A stretch of 64,000 nucleotides of DNA from Marsupella aquatica (GCA_973895155.1 OZ316891.1:30387112-30451111), one strand, 5' to 3'. Counted from the stretch's first letter, positions 15,001 through 27,835 are shown. The notes: generated by a model from the letters alone, not told the origin. Numbers and translations: made by a program.

Positions 15001-18000
15001 GTGACGACCAGACTGCAAGGCAGCCAACCCAACCAAAGAAAATTAGACACTAAGGGCCCGTACCTTGTCCGTCTAGAACAGCCTACCTAAGAAAACCAAG
15101 CAGATAGACTTACCGATGTTTGTTAAAAAGATTGAAAAGATCGATCCTTTCAGATACAGAGACTTGAATAGCATAGACAGAGAGGTGTAAATTGCTTTCT
15201 TTTGCTTTGGGAAAAGCTGAGGAAACTGGTAGAAGATATTTCCTGTCACCTGCAACAGTTATGATATTAGTTGATTGTAACTTAAAGTGGTCACTAAACT
15301 AGTCAGCTTTTGCATCCATGCCTGTGGTGCAGTTTTCATCAGACATGGACAATCTCGAAAGCGATACAGTCAAAGCCTCGTTGGACGACTGAGCTCCTAA
15401 TGCACGTACGCACAACTGCATTCGTAGCATTCAACTAACCTCTGCAATGAAGGAAATCATGAAGTCTTCGACATTGTCAAGATAGATAACAATGTCAGCG
15501 AAGGCTCCAATTAGAGTATCGGAGTGCCCAAGCAAGTAGTCCTTATCCTCACCACTCCTGCAGCCGCAATTATTCGTCCCTCAGTAAAGATTCTTAAGAA
15601 GTAGACAAGTCTGCGTCATGCCAATAGATATATGACAAGAAACACTGCTGGCAGTTCATCGTGGACATTCGATGCCGGACACTAATTATATAACGTCACT
15701 AACGTAATTTATCATCACATTTTCACGATGTAGAACCAAATATAAGGAAATTCTTACGGTGCCTGGAGGAATTGGAAGAATACGGGAATAGCAAAATACA
15801 GTTTGTTCAAAATAAACAACCGTTTGGTCGAACGTACTTTGATGTACTTCCACCAAAAGGAATAAGCCTGTGAAATACTTGCTGCAGAGTTTCTTTGCCA
15901 GAAAACTTCACAATGGCGGGAGACAGTCTCCCCAACCCTCGGACTGCAAGAGACAGCAGCATCTTCGCATCCTCATATTGCGTATCCAGGATTTCGAAAA
16001 AAGTGGCCATAAAATGCTGCAAAATGGACAGGAAATTAATTAGAAAATAAGACAACAAGGTTAAACATTTTATTGGGCACTCTGGACTTTATGCAGAAAG
16101 ATTTTCTATGTTGCACGTTTAAATGACGCTAACGGAATGAGAGTCTTCATTAAGTGAAACCCAGTAGACCGCCCACACAAAGAATAGGATCAAGGTCAAA
16201 GCCCTGGACCGGTGGGGAACGTAAACTCAAATAGCCTTGACGTAATGAAAGTGCTTCCCAAACTTTTGATTTGAAATAAGAACAGGTCGGCTTACTCTTT
16301 CTTTTCTAGCATTGTTACCAGTGGACAACGGAGAGTGACTGGCAGCAACAAAATTATCAGCAATGTTCGTTATTGAGTATCAGTACCGATGTGGATTCCG
16401 CATCATAAGCTCATGTAAGGAGAGGCATAAGACACTCCCATTTACAAATGCAAGAAAGCTCGCAACAGACGGTCAACCTGGGACAACGAATTCCCCAAAT
16501 GAGGATGACCAAAGATATTGACAGTCATTGCCACGAACTTTACAGCCACATCTCCAGGATTAAGAGGTCCGTCACCCACTTACTTTGTAGATTGCTTGGG
16601 CGTTTTGAACTCTGCTCTCCTTGTTGACAAGACATTGTGAAACCTGACATCCACATGTTTGAGCTTAGAAACAAAAACGCACAAATCATGCATTCGATAA
16701 CTTCGTAGGAATGAATGATAACAATTGAAATCACAAAGCATCCAATTCTTCACTGTGTGAAAACATACTTGATATATGAACTGGTTGAAGGCTAAAAACC
16801 CAACATCTCTTAAGAGAGCATTTTGATGTGTACTGCGCCACAGCAATACCAAAGCTCAGCATAAAGTGGGCTACGAATGCTAAAAGGAGCACTTCACGAA
16901 TCAACAACAGAAGCGCCTTGCTGACTTCACGAGTAAGACTTCTCCAATAGCTCGTAAGAGACTTGAAATGTTTTTAAACGTCACCAACCAATAAGTTTGC
17001 AGCCAGCTAAGAATCTCTTTGCTGTCTTGCACCAGTCGTATTGCAAAACGACCAGCATGTCTTGAGAGCAGCCGCAAGCCAGCTACAGTGAACAGAAGCA
17101 AACTCAACCATGAGAATTATGGTGTTGTTGTATGAAACATATGGTGGTCACGGTAGAGAAAGAGCAAACTGGTACAAGGCGTTTAGATTTCTTGCAAACT
17201 ACTTTGACTTGCTTTGACTGAGATTGTTTTTATTCCTCAATTCTGGCACTAGTTGTATATCTTTCATTTCTGTGTTGAATATGAATACAAATATATGAAC
17301 CTTAAATATCGTTTCATCGATTCTCACAAAGAACTTCTGCCAACCGCTTTGACTAACTGGTGATATGATCAAGTATTTTACCTTTTACAGACTCGTAGCG
17401 CTTCATATCCTCTCGGTAACAAATCACTTGTAGCAAAAAGGTGTACAGACTCCTTGAAGTCTCAACAGACCCTTCACGAACCACAAGGGAAGAATCCAAT
17501 ATCATGAACACAAAGCAAGAAACATTTTCCCTACAAGATCTTGTGAGCACCCTTGAAATTACCTTAATCCCTGAAAAGCTAGAGTTTTATTGCTATCTTC
17601 AGGCCACTGGCTGAATAAAGACCATTAATTACCTCCTGCTGGAAGTGAATCATCGTACCAAGTCAACAAAGAGTCTAAGCACTTCATTACTCCCGAGATA
17701 AGAACAAACACAGGGTCCTTATTTGTCTGCCGAAGCTGCTCCCCTAGAGTATCCAGGCAAATTTTCACCAAATTGGTGACATTTTCTTCGTCAAAGTTGG
17801 CAGGAAAGTACTCCACCAGGTAGCCCAATAAAATGAGAATGTTCGATCTCACTGTTAAAACAAGTACATAGAGCGAGTTAGTCCAGCTGGGTTGGCATGC
17901 ATCCCATCCTCATGCTGAAGTAGGAATGCCGAATTATAATTTTAAGACAAGCGATCATTGCTGTCTTCCTTTATGGCTAAAACGCCGTGTTCGAGCTCTC

Positions 18001-19306
18001 AGATGTCATTGCACTTCGAAAGAAAAGCCAAAGATGTCACTTGACTCTCGAGCTGCGTTGCAGACGATGTAGACAGCTCAAATGCAAAAATGGGAAACGT
18101 ACGAGTCCCAGAAGTCTTCGCCCTCCTGTACTCCAGTAATAACATCTCTGCCATGCTCCAATCCACTGTGAAAAAGGTGGAGTTTTTCTGCACAGCATTT
18201 GACTCCAGCATCGACAAGAGAGGAGATAGAGCAGCAGCTTGGACCGCTTTGGCGTGATCTCTCCGAAATACACTGAGGCATCTTTCCTGAAAAATATATT
18301 GCAGCAGTCGGTCTCACTGAAGTGAGCTCATTCGCTAGCATTTCAGGCTCTTGGGCTGTTCGTCAGGGAACAGATATAAAAAGTTGCAGGATATCGTGAA
18401 GCAACCAAGACAGATTGAACGAATGAAGTATTAAGTCCATGTAGTACACATTGGGCAAAAGAGAGGGACGTGGTTTTCAACGCGAACAGAAATTCGCGTA
18501 CTGGTAAGAGAAGGAGACTGGAGTAGCTCCGAGGCTCTCTGATCAAAACTGAATATCTTGCAACTTATCCAGCCGACAACTGATTCCATAAAATAGATAA
18601 GACTCCAAGTTGCAACGAAAAAAGTCCGGGTAAAATAGTCTTTCGAGTCCGGAATCCGGTGACGACACAGCCTTGCTAAACACCCCTGCCTGAGAAATAT
18701 CAAGGCTCTACGTACTTCAACCTCCCAATTCTGAAAACCATGAGTTATAATGCGTGGAGCGAAAGAGAGGTGTGGACCAGAGGTTTGAAGAGATCAAGCA
18801 AGGACTTCAAAACGATTCGAATTATCGTCCACGGGACCTCATATGGTACACGAGAGAACACAGAGAATACAAAACGGCAGATGCCAAATCTTCAACCAAA
18901 GTATACCAAGGGAGAAATAAAATAAAATCAGTCAGAAAAATTCTACGCGGGTGCAATGGTAGCGGAAGAGAGATAATTAGCAGACCTTTATGACCGCAGC
19001 ATGAGGGAAAACGCGGTCGCCAATCTGCTCGACGAACTCGGCCAGAAACGTACAGCAAGCCTCTCTCGCTTTGACGACCGTCCTCTCCTTGACGGCGAGG
19101 AGCAACTCCAACACGTCGAAGATTCCATTCTCCTTGTCAAAAATAATGGCGATTGAAAACGACTCGTCTTCTTCCGAGACGGCTTGCTTGCATAGATCAA
19201 AGACATCGGCGACCAGGGAGTTGAGATCAGACGACACTGACCCGGCGCGGACTACTTCGGCTTCTTCTTTCAAAGAGGTCATGCAAAGCACAAGCTTCTG
19301 ATCCAT
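1..19306 (-). CDS. PRKDC: DNA-dependent protein kinase catalytic subunit (multi-exon; N-HEAT, M-HEAT and start of FAT; the 3' part including the kinase lies beyond position 1)
   Basis: Exon ORFs carry motifs recalled from DNA-PKcs: YPLISGHYKLLS (~12700), LPRVVELALSSSDRRTKVTASELL (~10150), HPNPYKRLGAS (~8745), HINVRLFLTKV (~4745), RRYRIG/ELPDIEIK..LTPLAALAQND (2840-2615), WLELARLYSELGEDDV (~2200). ATG at 19306, GT-AG introns, one ~4.1-kb exon (~3480-7600). Not all exon boundaries were resolved. Confidence 0.95.
13524..13681. repeat. Two-copy 80-bp tandem duplication in a DNA-PKcs intron
   Basis: ggcactccaaa(a/g)tccagatatccaacatct...gacttaa(g/a)cct starts at 13524 and 13604, with about 4 mismatches. 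Confidence 0.9.
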
Positions 19307-19647
19307 TTCGCTAGCGCGATTCGCAGCTGGTGCGATCCACGCTACCGCTCACCTCACCAGCCTGTGCTCAGCTAAGTAGGCGTGTGAACATCTCAAGCGC
19401 ATTCTCTACAATCTCCGACAAATCCATCCTCGCAGATAAACCTCACCATTGCAGGAAGGACTTCAAGTCACCAGGAGCGGGTGAAGATCGTTCGCAAATT
19501 CTCGAAGACCTCCGGGACAACAATCCCTACAGACAAACCTTTAAATTACACATTTTCAGGCGCGGCAAAAGGGCCTATCATTTACAAATTCGAGATTCAA
19601 ATGCAATCAGTCGACAGTTACTGCCGAATTCCATGTGAGTGATATTC

Positions 19648-19950
19648 ATACCCTCGATTATTCTGCGTTAGCTCCCCGCTTCGTCCCATGATGAAGGCTA
19701 GTCCAAGCTTCTTTCGTCAAGAGCTCAACTTCAATCACTATGTATGTTTACACCCTCGATTATTCTGCCTCAGCTCTAAGTTCATCCCAGAAGAAAGCAA
19801 GTCTACATTAACTCTGTCAAGAGCTCAAATTCCATCACTACCGACATTCACACACCGTCGATTACTCTGACTGACCTGTCCGCTCCATCACATGAAGAAA
19901 GCTAGTCTATATTTCTTCTTTGCCAATAGCTCAAATTCCATCTCACCAGC
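19648..19950. repeat. Three degenerate ~100-bp tandem units upstream of DNA-PKcs
   Basis: The recurring ccctcgattattctg...gaa(g/a)gctagtc...agctcaaattccatc motif starts near 19650, 19752 and 19854. Confidence 0.7.
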
Positions 19951-20899
19951 CATATGATCCATTCTCCTGATGCTTCGACGGAATCATAACTCCGTCACGA
20001 TCACTTCAAACTCCAACCCGTTCGCATTCTCAAAGTCGAATGATAATGTAGCGATCGATCGAAACTCGATCGATTTTCTTGTCCTTCGAGACCAAAGATC
20101 ATCAGATCGACCTCAACGAACGGTTTTCTCGGCGTTTCTGAATTTTTCTCATGCCGCCAGTTTTCCACAGGAATGCTTTTCGTGCCTCTGTACAAGAAGT
20201 CATGGATGCTTGTCCATCTTACTCTTTGCCATCGAATTCTTCACAATTCTTCACAGAGACGACGCATCAACTAGAAAAGAACGACATGAGGGACAAATTG
20301 ATTGAGATGAGTTTGGCGGGAGAAAGGAGGGAGCGAATCGAAAGTGTGCCCTTGTGAGTGAGACCTAATTAACGCTATTGTTAGGGGTCCCATTACAAAC
20401 TCCAACCCAATTGTGTGGAAATTGTGAGAACAATTTCAATTGCACTCACCTATTGAGTTTCAATTGCACTCACCTATTGAGTTTTAATTGCACTCACTTA
20501 TTGAGTTTAATGATCAACTAGCCCAATGCCTTTCAGATACACTGTCCACCCCAATTTGTGTTAATGTCACTCATTGCTTAGCCCATTAAATTAGCCCTTT
20601 AAATTTTAAGTCACATAAAATAGTGCGAGTCATATTATTTGAGGTGTCTAACTAATTAGAGTCAACAAAGAAGTCACAGTGTTGGTCTCACTAATTATAG
20701 AACCCATGTGAAGCTTCTTCCAAAATCTCTAGCAGCACGATGAGCCACATCACCAATAGCAGTCACAAATAGCAAAATGTGGTTTTGCAAGAAAAACAAA
20801 TCCCAATGATTTGTGTTTGTGGCATGGCTAAGAAAAAGAGTTAGACCTAATGAGTGTAAAAACAATACAATGATGAAGAGTGACACTTGAAATAAACAA
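19948..20899 (+). repeat. Left arm of a long inverted repeat (partner 48159-49086)
   Basis: Reverse complement of 48159-49086, with roughly 15 substitutions counted by eye and one extra 24-bp unit. The ORF track shows mirrored ORFs (19970/48729, 20001/48839, 20151/48677). Confidence 0.97.
20434..20505. repeat. 24-bp tandem repeat (3 copies; 2 copies in the right arm)
   Basis: tttcaattgcactcacctattgag x3; this explains the 952 vs 928 bp arm length difference. Confidence 0.9.
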
Positions 20900-22917
20900 T
20901 TAGTTCGTGGACCCCTTGGCTAATTGACAACATCGTTATCACAAGTAGTTGTCAAAATCAGGCCTTTTCGCTATATGCTACCAATTTTTCAAACTACGAG
21001 AGTCAAAATTCAATCCGTGGCAAGTATCATAGAATTGTATCAGTTCGTTGAGTTCAAGTTCGGAGCATGGCTAGCAGTGTACCTTAATTGCAAAGGGCCG
21101 GAATTCTTACACTAGGGGCCAATTACCCTTTAACAAGGAAATTATCAAGTTAGTTATTAGTTATTATTTGTTATATGAATTTTTTTTTAAAATCTTTGAA
21201 TTTAAGTTTTAAAATTGGAAATGTAACTAAAACAGTTACATAGTGCAATTTTAACCGTCTTGCTCTTTGCATTTCTAATTTTTTACTTTTCTTTTTACGG
21301 CATGGCGTCCCAAAATTTACACCCAAATTGACATAAACACGAATGAAAACTGTAAATTTGATTCACAAAACTGATGAGTCTTGTTTGTTGTGGTTGTTGT
21401 TGACATGGCACACTCTAGTGCCAGGGATTTTGGAAGGGACCTCTCATGGGGTCCGTAAAGAATAGGGTTAAGAAATTCTCTTAATCGATATATCAGTGTT
21501 TGCATTATATTTTTGAATTTTTTAAAATAGTACCAGTTGTAGGAATGCTTGGATTCTCTCGAGGATTCTCTAAGGTCTCCAATTTTGTGAGAATTTTTTG
21601 TATATAACTGCAATTTACATATTGTTGTAAGGGTGATTTATGTAACTTATGATTTATGTATGGATTAGTATCATGTGCAATTGTGCTGATTGTCATAGAG
21701 TCATGGACAAGGATTGAGGAGCTAGGAAAACACTCTTTGTGGAGTTGTGATCATTTTCTCTATTGCTACCCAAATATGCCTCACTTCACCCAGATGTCTT
21801 CATTGCCACATGCTCCCAGCCAACAGCAGTTCCAAAGGAACCCTTGGCAAAGCCAACCTGAGTTTTTGTGGGTCAGTAGTTCTCATGATACTTTTTAAGG
21901 TTACTCATTTATGGGCTTAATTCACCATAAATCTCTGACTTCCACCCTATAAATAATTCTGATCAACAATTTTGTCAAGGGAGTTACCGTTGATCATCTG
22001 AAGCATAGAGATTGCTTAAAAGCTTGGTCGATGCACCAACTCATTGCCAAGGATGGCAACTTGTTGTCTTTCCACAACATCAGGCAAGTTGTGGGAGAGA
22101 ACACATCTCCAACAAGTGGCAAGCGGTCCTACATTCATAAAAGTAGGAAAAAAAATAGTCCATTTTCCTAGACATCTAGAAAAGACATCTCTGGCACGTC
22201 AAGATGTGTTGTTAATAAACACAAAGGACTGTTGTAGTGAACATTGTTGCCAATATTTAGACCGCAACTTGGCTATGGTAATTAGGCAAAAGTGATGGTC
22301 AAAATCTTTTGCGGAGCATAAGGAGGAGGAAACCAAGGCTATTAAAAATACAAAATATTTGGGTACTGGCAAAAGGATTCTAGCAATGGAGGGCAAAGTA
22401 TTGTGCTTGGAGGCATGGAGAATCATTCATTCAAGAGGAAAGACTCAATTTTATGCCTTGAAGAGGACTATGATGGCTGGACTGAACATAGGTACCCATG
22501 GTAATGCTGGAAAAAGGCGTATGTCCGAGAAAGTATCTCAAGCGTTCATATCAATGAAAGAGATTATTGAGGAGGCAGCTGATCATCATCCAACCAAGTT
22601 GAGAACCACGATAGATATTACAAAGATGGTTTTGAGGGAATTGCCAACCAATCTTACTTGGGAGAATACTAGAAACAGGGTTAATGTTGTCAACAAGGAG
22701 GCTGGTCTTCCTCCAATTTCCCAACCCACCTTGAGTCATCTACATCAAATATATTTCAGGGAGTTCTCGCGTCACAAAAACGGCAACAACTTTTCAAAGT
22801 GTACAACTTGTAGTGAGTTGCTTAAAAGGAAAGCAAACCTTACAAGAGCTAAGGAAGAGTTAGAGGGCCTAAGGCATGAGGAGGATGAACATCACCAAGA
22901 CCACACACAATAAAGAA

Positions 22918-24719
22918 TCCTAAACTATAATACAAGGTTGCGCCCATTTATATAGTGGTCGTCATTCAAATATAGAGTGTCCAAAAAAAGATTCCAGCAA
23001 AAGAGGAAGGAATAAATAAAAGATAATAAAGTTTAGTGTGAATGAAAGGGGAAAGAACACTCTGCAAAAAGAAATAGTGAAATGAGACGACTAAAAAGGG
23101 AAATGAAATAAGCCCATGCAAGCACAAGGATCAATGTAGATCCCTCTACTTTCCATCAATGCATAAGTGAGAACAAGATGTTGTTTTCAATGCAAGTCAA
23201 AAATGTACTATTTATCCTCCATAGCTTTTGTGATAACTATCAAAAACTATAATACACTATGACATCAATTTATACCATGGTCATTTTTTAAAATTGCCCC
23301 ACCGTTTTGGGTGAAAAAAATCAAAACTGGAAAAAATTGAACCACTAAGACAAAAAAAACTCAAGTGGAAACTCAAGCCGTCACTTGGATTGCAGTGCCA
23401 CAAAGTCAGCACCAAGCCGCTGCAAGTCGCGATCCCCCCCGTCGCCGGCCAGCCCTGCCTAGCTCGCGACCGCCCACGCTGGGGCAGGGCTGGCTGGCTC
23501 CGCCCTCTACCTCCCAGGCCCCCTTTTGCATCCCCACCTCGTGGCCTCTCCTCCCGACTCCCTCCTGCCTCCCAGCCCCGCTCTCCCCGGCCTCTCGCCC
23601 TCTTGCCTCTCTAACCCTGCTCTCCTCTTTTGCCCTGACTCTCCCTCCTCGCGCTCCCCCACTCAACCCTAAATCCCTGCCTCGATGACCCATCCGATCC
23701 CCGCCCTCGCCCTTGCCAGGACTTGGTCTTGGTCTTGCCCTTGCCTGGACTCAGTCTCACCCTTGGACTCTGTCTTGCGTTTTGGTCTCGGACTCATGCC
23801 TAGACCGAGGACCGGGTTCCTACTGGGGATCATTCAAATTTGTAGGGCACAAAAAATAAGAAAATCTGGTAGAAGAAAGGAATATAAATAAGTAAATTTT
23901 AGTTTAGTATGACAACAACATCTTTTTACTTCACAATATCTTTCACATAACAAACCATTTGGCACCACATCATCTTTTTATTCATGACATCTTTCACATA
24001 ACATCTTTGGCAAAACGACTTCTTTTTTGTTAGTTACGCCAATTTTTTACTTGACAAAAACTATTTACTTGATGACAACGTTTTACTTGACGACATGTTT
24101 GGTAAAATGACTTTTTTTAAACTACGTCTTTTACTTGACAACATCTTTCACATAACTACATCTTTGAATTGGCAAAACAACTTCATTGTTCTTAACAACA
24201 TGGTTTTATTGCACGACATCTTGGGCGATACGACATCTTTTGTGTAATGTATGGGTATTGAGCTATTTTGTACTTAACAAAACCTTTGGCATAACGCGTT
24301 ACGCAACACGACCTCTATTTCTTCCACAACCTCTTGGCCGAGATGACATCTTTCTTCTCAACAACCTCTTGGCCAACACGACATCTTTTGTTCTCATCGA
24401 CTTCTTGGCTGACACGACATCTTTTGTTCTCACCGACATCTTTTGTTTTCAACGACATCTGGGGCGACACAACATCTTTTGTTCTCACCGACATCTTGGC
24501 CGAGATGACATCTTTTGTTTTCAACGACATCTTGGGCGACACGGCATCTTTCGTTCTCAACAACATCTTGGGCGACACGACATCTTTCTTCTCAATGACC
24601 TCTTGGCCGACACGTCATCTTTCTTCTCAACAACCTCTTGGCCAACACGACATCTTTTGTTCTCAAAAATATCTTGGTCGTCACGACATCTTTTGTGCAA
24701 CGCACGGGTATTGAGCTAG
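22918..24719 (+). mobile_element. Non-autonomous Helitron
   Basis: A|TCCTAAACTATAATA 5' end; 3' hairpin tgtgcaacgcacg followed by gggtattgagCTAG|T; no TSD. Removing it rejoins the host transposase in frame (aga a|tg tgc tat cat acc tgg). Confidence 0.88.
24310..24695. repeat. ~35-36-bp minisatellite inside the Helitron
   Basis: About 10 units of acgacatcttttgttctcaacgacatcttggccgac-like sequence, with more degenerate copies back to ~23910. Confidence 0.9.
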
Positions 24720-27184
24720 TGTGCTATCATACCTGGAGATATGAGTCCATCCATCGTCCAAAGGAAGTGTTATGCCTTATTCATGATAAGATAGATCATT
24801 CAAAGATAACTCTCCCAAGAATGCCCTTCAATCCTAAGCATTGGATGGTGCCCAAAAGTTCCCAATTACTGTCACTGGTATCCTTACTCATGGTCATGGT
24901 CCCAAGGCCATATAGCCCAATATCATGTTGGAGTGTGGTAAGGTGATGTCAACATCACTAGTGGGTCAATTGATTCAATACTAAGGATGTTGGAAAACCC
25001 AAATCCAATGATCAAATAACTTGTGGAGGGGCCAAACTTGACAAGTCTTTTTAAAGAAATCCTTTTTGAGAGAAAAGATATCTTGGAGGCAAGTGTCCTT
25101 AGAGAATTTGAGGATGACATAATTGCCTACATCTCAAGCCTAGGTATTTTACTCACAATCCTTTTATTATTAATAATATAATCTCACACACGTACACTGA
25201 CACTCTACTTTGTGTAGTTGTTGCTCCTCGTAGCCAAGGTTTCATTAATAGGGTGTAAACCGTAAACCCTACATTGGGGTTTAGGGTTTGACTAGGGTTT
25301 TATTTAAAAGCTTTTTGGCTTCTTATCTTGTACGATTTACTCAGTCACAATCCTTTAATATAAGCTTAGTCTACTTTTATGTTATGTAGTTGTTGGCTTT
25401 TCGTAGCAAACTAAGGTTCCATTATGGTCTAAACCCTAAACCTTACATTGGGGTTTAGAGTTTCACTATCTTCTTTTGTATGCATGAAATTCTGGGATTG
25501 TCCTAGGTTACATTGTGAAGCAGCACCTGAGGCACCAAAGTTCAGGCCCATTCCACGAGTATTGAAGTTACAACTGGATAATTGTGCCTCAGACAACAAG
25601 ATCAAATATATGATGACTTATTTGTCATTGTTGACGGCAAGGGAGGTGTTTGAAGAGGTTCATCTTGGTTTTATGGTGGTTGGGCATACTCATGAGGACG
25701 TTGACGGTATGTTCGGGCATTTTTCAGAGTCTATGACGCATAACCCCACATACTCATTGCTTGAGTTAATGTCCTTGTTCATGAGAGCAAGGACACCCAA
25801 TGCAGTCCCCCATTTCCTACAAGAGGTCCCAAATTTCAAAAGCTAGTTTAGCTCCATTCATGTTGAAGGGGCCTGAGGCATTGGTGGGGCATTTAAAACC
25901 CAGGTTGTTTAGGTTCTATGTTCGTCATGATAGTATGCCATGCTTTCCAATACAAAATGAAGTCAACTGATCAAGGATGGTTACCCAAGGAAGGTATTGA
26001 AATGTGGTCATGGAAAGATGACAAAAGCCCTCACATCCCAATTGGGGTGCCCAAACGGCTACTAGTGATGGAGTTGAATATGCTCCCTAAAATGCTGACA
26101 GGGTTGAAGAAGCATGTGTCATTCTTTGAGTTTATTCTAAAGCGAACCACAAAGGAAGAACCAAAGTGACGTTGGACAACTCTCATCAATTATTGGAATG
26201 ACATTGTAAATACTATACAGGGTGAGCAGGTGCAATATGAACCCGAAGGTGCACACAACTTGGAATACAGGTTTTGGCCTTTATCAATATGGAGAGAGCA
26301 CATTCCACCAAAATATCAAAATGTGGCATGTGAGTTGGAGGCAATAGTGGATTATTTGGGACCTGCAAAAGATAAACCTCCTGAGAGTTTTAACCCTAGG
26401 GTTGATGTCGTGAAGGGCTATTATGTGTTGGTACGGCCGGACGACTCAGACGTGAATGTTTAATATCCCGTCCATATGGGGTTAGTTGTTACAGATGTGA
26501 TAGAAGGACCAGTGAATGAACAAAACTTTCTTACTCATGTATGTGGCATTGAGTGGTTTAGACCATTTATGGCAAAGAAGCCACGTGGTCAATCAGACTG
26601 GCAACCATGAGAGCGATGGGCAGATTCTTGGGATAAGAAATGAGAACGTGATCCAACTCCAATATACAAGGAAGCTGAGACAATATATGTTTCCTCTGCC
26701 TTGTGGTGTTTCAAAGCATGCAAAGGACCAGTGACAAGGTTGGTTGGAATTCCAAAGAATGTTGCTGCCAAGGCAAGAGACTATCTCTTGACATGCATAG
26801 CAAGTGAAAAATCCTAGACGGTAATGAAGTTGGTAGTTTAGCACACAGTTTAAAAGGGAACTCAAAATAGTAGTAGCCAGAGAACTCAAGTTTAGACAAG
26901 TCTTATTGTCTAAGGGTGGGTTCCCACCAAGAGTTATTTTCTAAACTACATTTGTTAAATCAAAAGTTAACAGGCGCAGGGTTCCCGCACTAGTAGAAAC
27001 CGGGGCAATTTAGACCAAACCTTATAGGACTAAGGCCACTAAGTCCTTTTTGGCAACCTTAAATGACTCGAAACCATTGCCACGGTTCACATGAACACTA
27101 CAAAAGACTGTGAGTGCTTTTTGGTTTTGGATAAGACTATGAAAAGTACCCTTCTTTGTGAATGTATGAACACTCTAGCACATG

Positions 27185-27835
27185 ATGGGTTGTAGGGTTT
27201 AGTTGTGGGCTTTAATTTGATAATGGGCATATGGGGGGGGGGCACAATTCATTTGACGACCTCTTTACCAACATCCCGCTAACTTGAACACGGACAAACG
27301 GCGTAAATGTTGAAATTCCCTAATTTTGAATATACTCCATAGTGGGTTTGGGGGGGTTTAGGGCTCAAGGGTGGGCCAGTTACATGCGAAGGGTGTGGGG
27401 GTTCACCACTAAAGGGGTTTAGGGGGGTTTATATGCCAAGGGTGGGCCGGTTAGGTCTCAAGGGGGTGGGGGTCAGTAAAGGGGGTTTAGGGTCAGAGAA
27501 CACTCAATTGAAATAGTGATGCAGCGATTTAGGGTAAACGAACAGGGACCGTGGACCCTAACTTGTTTGCTGCCTTGGGAGGATTTGGAGAGCTGGAGGC
27601 AACATGCTTCATTGATCCTGAGCTTGCAAGCGGCGCTCTAAAACGGCCTGTGGCATTGCAAAAATAGTCTGGCCACAGTCGAGTTGTCAAGACATTTAGG
27701 GGGTTTATATGTCAAGGTGTGGGGGTGGCTGAGTTTTCACTAAAGGGGGTTTAGGGGGGGTTTATATGTCAAGGGTGGAGGGTTGAGATGTCAAGGGTGG
27801 GGGGTTTAGGGTTAAGGGGATGGGGGGTTTAGGGA
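27185..27835. repeat. G-rich subterminal region with many TTTAGGG (telobox/telomere-like) motifs
   Basis: Repeated gggggtttaggg and ggggtttatatg(t/c)caaggg modules at about 27350, 27415, 27481, 27765, 27800 and 27822. Confidence 0.8.

Larger units (their letters stand above)
22000..26820 (+). pseudogene. Decayed DDE transposase gene of the DxxD / LQLDN / GHTHED type (Sola-like/DUF7869-like), interrupted by a Helitron
   Basis: FSKCTTC (~22795), LCLIHDKIDHSK (~24780), KLQLDNCASDNK...FMVVGHTHEDVDGMF (25565-25715), and a C-terminal VLVRP..EWF..W domain. Several stops and frameshifts. Termini not found; superfamily tentative. Confidence 0.75.

Noticed and set aside
950-19301. Plus-strand ORFs overlapping DNA-PKcs
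   Set aside because: Antisense shadows of coding exons with no independent motifs.
19970-20357. Duplicated small genes (ORFs mirrored at 48677-49064)
   Set aside because: Short overlapping ORFs with no recognisable domain; their duplication simply reflects the inverted repeat.
20357-20692. 9-bp inverted pair agtgagacc/ggtctcact as a MITE
   Set aside because: Too short, with no matching TSD.
21111-21130. MULE-like end (ggggccaattaccc) and a 13-bp direct match to 47474-47486
   Set aside because: No inverted partner or TSD was found.
23365-23891. Pro/Arg-rich ORFs
   Set aside because: Products of a GC- and pyrimidine-rich low-complexity tract inside the Helitron.
24310-24695. CRISPR-like appearance of the ~35-bp array and its ORFs (24186-24719, 24334-24714)
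   Set aside because: Units are head-to-tail with no unique spacers, there are no cas genes and the context is eukaryotic. The ORFs arise from repeat periodicity within a Helitron.
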